From: Heptranchias perlo
Taxonomy: Eukaryota
NCBI RefSeq assembly: GCF_035084215.1
Contig: NW_027138451.1
Location: forward strand, 248,001 to 312,000
Reading direction: 5' to 3'
Length of the DNA stretch: 64,000 nt
The position numbers and the translations under genes were made by a program. Below, piece by piece: positions 62,480 through 64,000 of the stretch. Position 1 is the stretch's first letter. Every line of letters begins with the position of its first letter. The notes beneath the pieces are model-generated. The model saw only the letters and a program-made list of their open reading frames with translations. It searched no databases and was not told the DNA's origin.

Positions 62480-63411
62480 CTAATGCTGGGAATTCTGCCG
62501 CTCTTGTCCTCGTTTAACTAATTTAAATATTAATTTGAGAGGATATTTCACCCCATTCTTCAGCTCCTCTCTGAATTTAGTCTGGGTCACTCCATAAATA
62601 CACGTGTTTGTGCAGCAGCTCAAAAGCAGGAGCATGTAGCTGGTTTGATCTGCGATAAATGTCGGGTCATTGATACCTGTGGAATAATAACGGTTTGTAA
62701 TTTGAACTGATAGGAAAAGTAAAACATACGTCATCCATAGCAGTATGAAATTGGCGGATATCGCAAACAGTAAGATGATGGATTTTCTTCGGTTCTCCAT
62801 CTCCGGATCATTGTGATTCGCATCACTTTTGCTGCCTCTAAGCCTCCTGCGGGCTCTACTTGCCGCCAAAATGTTTCCTACAGTCAGAGAATTGAGCAGC
62901 AATATCAGGAATATTGGAAGCAGTGGAGTGAAACAGCGGTGAATCCATGTAAATGCTACCCATGCAGCTGAAGTATAACAGTCTGGTTTTACACGATAGC
63001 CCCAAGGTACGTTCTCCAATATAATGGACGGTTCAAATGCAAAGTACCAGGGAATGTTTTTTAAACAGAAGAGCGGACACAACGTTCCTATAATCACGGC
63101 TGCAGTTTTCTCGGTGCAATATTTAGTCCTCAGCTTCTGGCAACAAATGGTTATAAAACGATCAAAAGTGAAAGCGACTGTTAACCAGACAGAAATGTCT
63201 GAGACAGCATGGTTAAGGGTAATTTGGAAAGAGCACACAGGGGTGAGGAACAGGAAGTTAGTCGGGAAATATAACTCCTTGATCCGAAACAGTACCACGT
63301 CATTGATAATGACCAATAGATCCGCCGCTGCCATGGCCACCAGGTAGCGAGTGACACATTTCGAGAGACCGCACTTTCCTCGGGACAGGATTACAATCGT
63401 CATCACGTTAG
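62480..63411 (-). CDS. Terminal coding exon of a GPR139-like class A orphan GPCR (first exon not identified, probably outside the window)
   Basis: Acceptor ctgtttcccttttacAG, then ANVMTIVILSRGKCGLSKC...MAAADLL...WLTVAFTFDRFITICCQKL..KYCT...DPEMENRRKSIILL...SCCTNTCIY...TQTKFREEL. The ORF-track N-terminus upstream of 63411 is intronic. Confidence 0.88.
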
Positions 63412-64000
63412 CTGTAAAAGGGAAACAGAAACAGTGAATCACGCAACAGCTTACAGCAAAAGAGCCAATTTCACACGACTTTGAGTGAAACATACAGCTT
63501 ATGAGAGTATATGAGAGTGCTGAGTAAATAATGACAAATAAATATTCCGATTAAAGAGGAAGGAATGAATTTACTCGGAACTGCACCCTCTCTGACGCCG
63601 TAACTTCGCCAGAGGAGCAGTGTTAACCCGGCGCAGCACCAAGGATTTTAAATGCCATTGATGAACATTAGCCAAAATAAAGCGAGATAATATGTTATAA
63701 ATAATTACAATCAGGAGTAATTCGGAAGAGTAAATGACATAATGGAAAGAAAAGATAAGAATTTAGACTGCAAATATGTAATAAATGGTCAACTATAAAT
63801 TGGTCGATAATTAATCAGTGCGGAGCAGTGAAAATTAAGCCAGCCTGACATGCGGTCAATACAAAATGGGGACCACCAAGGGTGAGCTCAACGGGCTGGG
63901 TTTGGACCCGTGAGCAGGAGAGGGGAGTGGACCAGGTGGTAGTCGGAAATAGTTCCCAGTTGACAGATTTTATTCTCAGACTGGACAACAGATTGCAGCA

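Noticed and set aside
63412-63493. ORF-track N-terminus of the GPCR
   Set aside because: It lies upstream of a clear polypyrimidine-AG acceptor, so it is intron that happens to be open.

Overview
Eukaryotic DNA from a cartilaginous fish (shark-type repeats). The window holds one complete plus-strand IgNAR (heavy-chain-only antibody) gene cluster: octamer/TATA promoter, split leader, V, a single D, J, five constant exons C1-C5 with secretory tail, TM1 and a distant TM2 (about 1.6-37.5 kb). The second exon of a GPR139-like class A GPCR lies on the minus strand at 62.5-63.4 kb. The rest is degraded CR1/L2 LINEs, SINEs, Penelope-like palindromes, several minisatellites, a 5-kb 49-bp satellite and a 1.16-kb inverted repeat. 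The IgNAR cluster is atypical in four ways. (1) V runs about 20 nt past the usual end into D-like sequence, suggesting a germline V-D join, and only one 12/12-flanked D remains instead of three. (2) V has no non-canonical Cys, while the only open forward D frame and the J segment each encode one, predicting a hard-wired intra-CDR3 disulfide. (3) The secretory tail stops just before the conserved Cys-Thr. (4) The tail has also lost its N-glycosylation sequon. Repeat boundaries are approximate and were read by eye; family comparisons are from memory, not from a database search.
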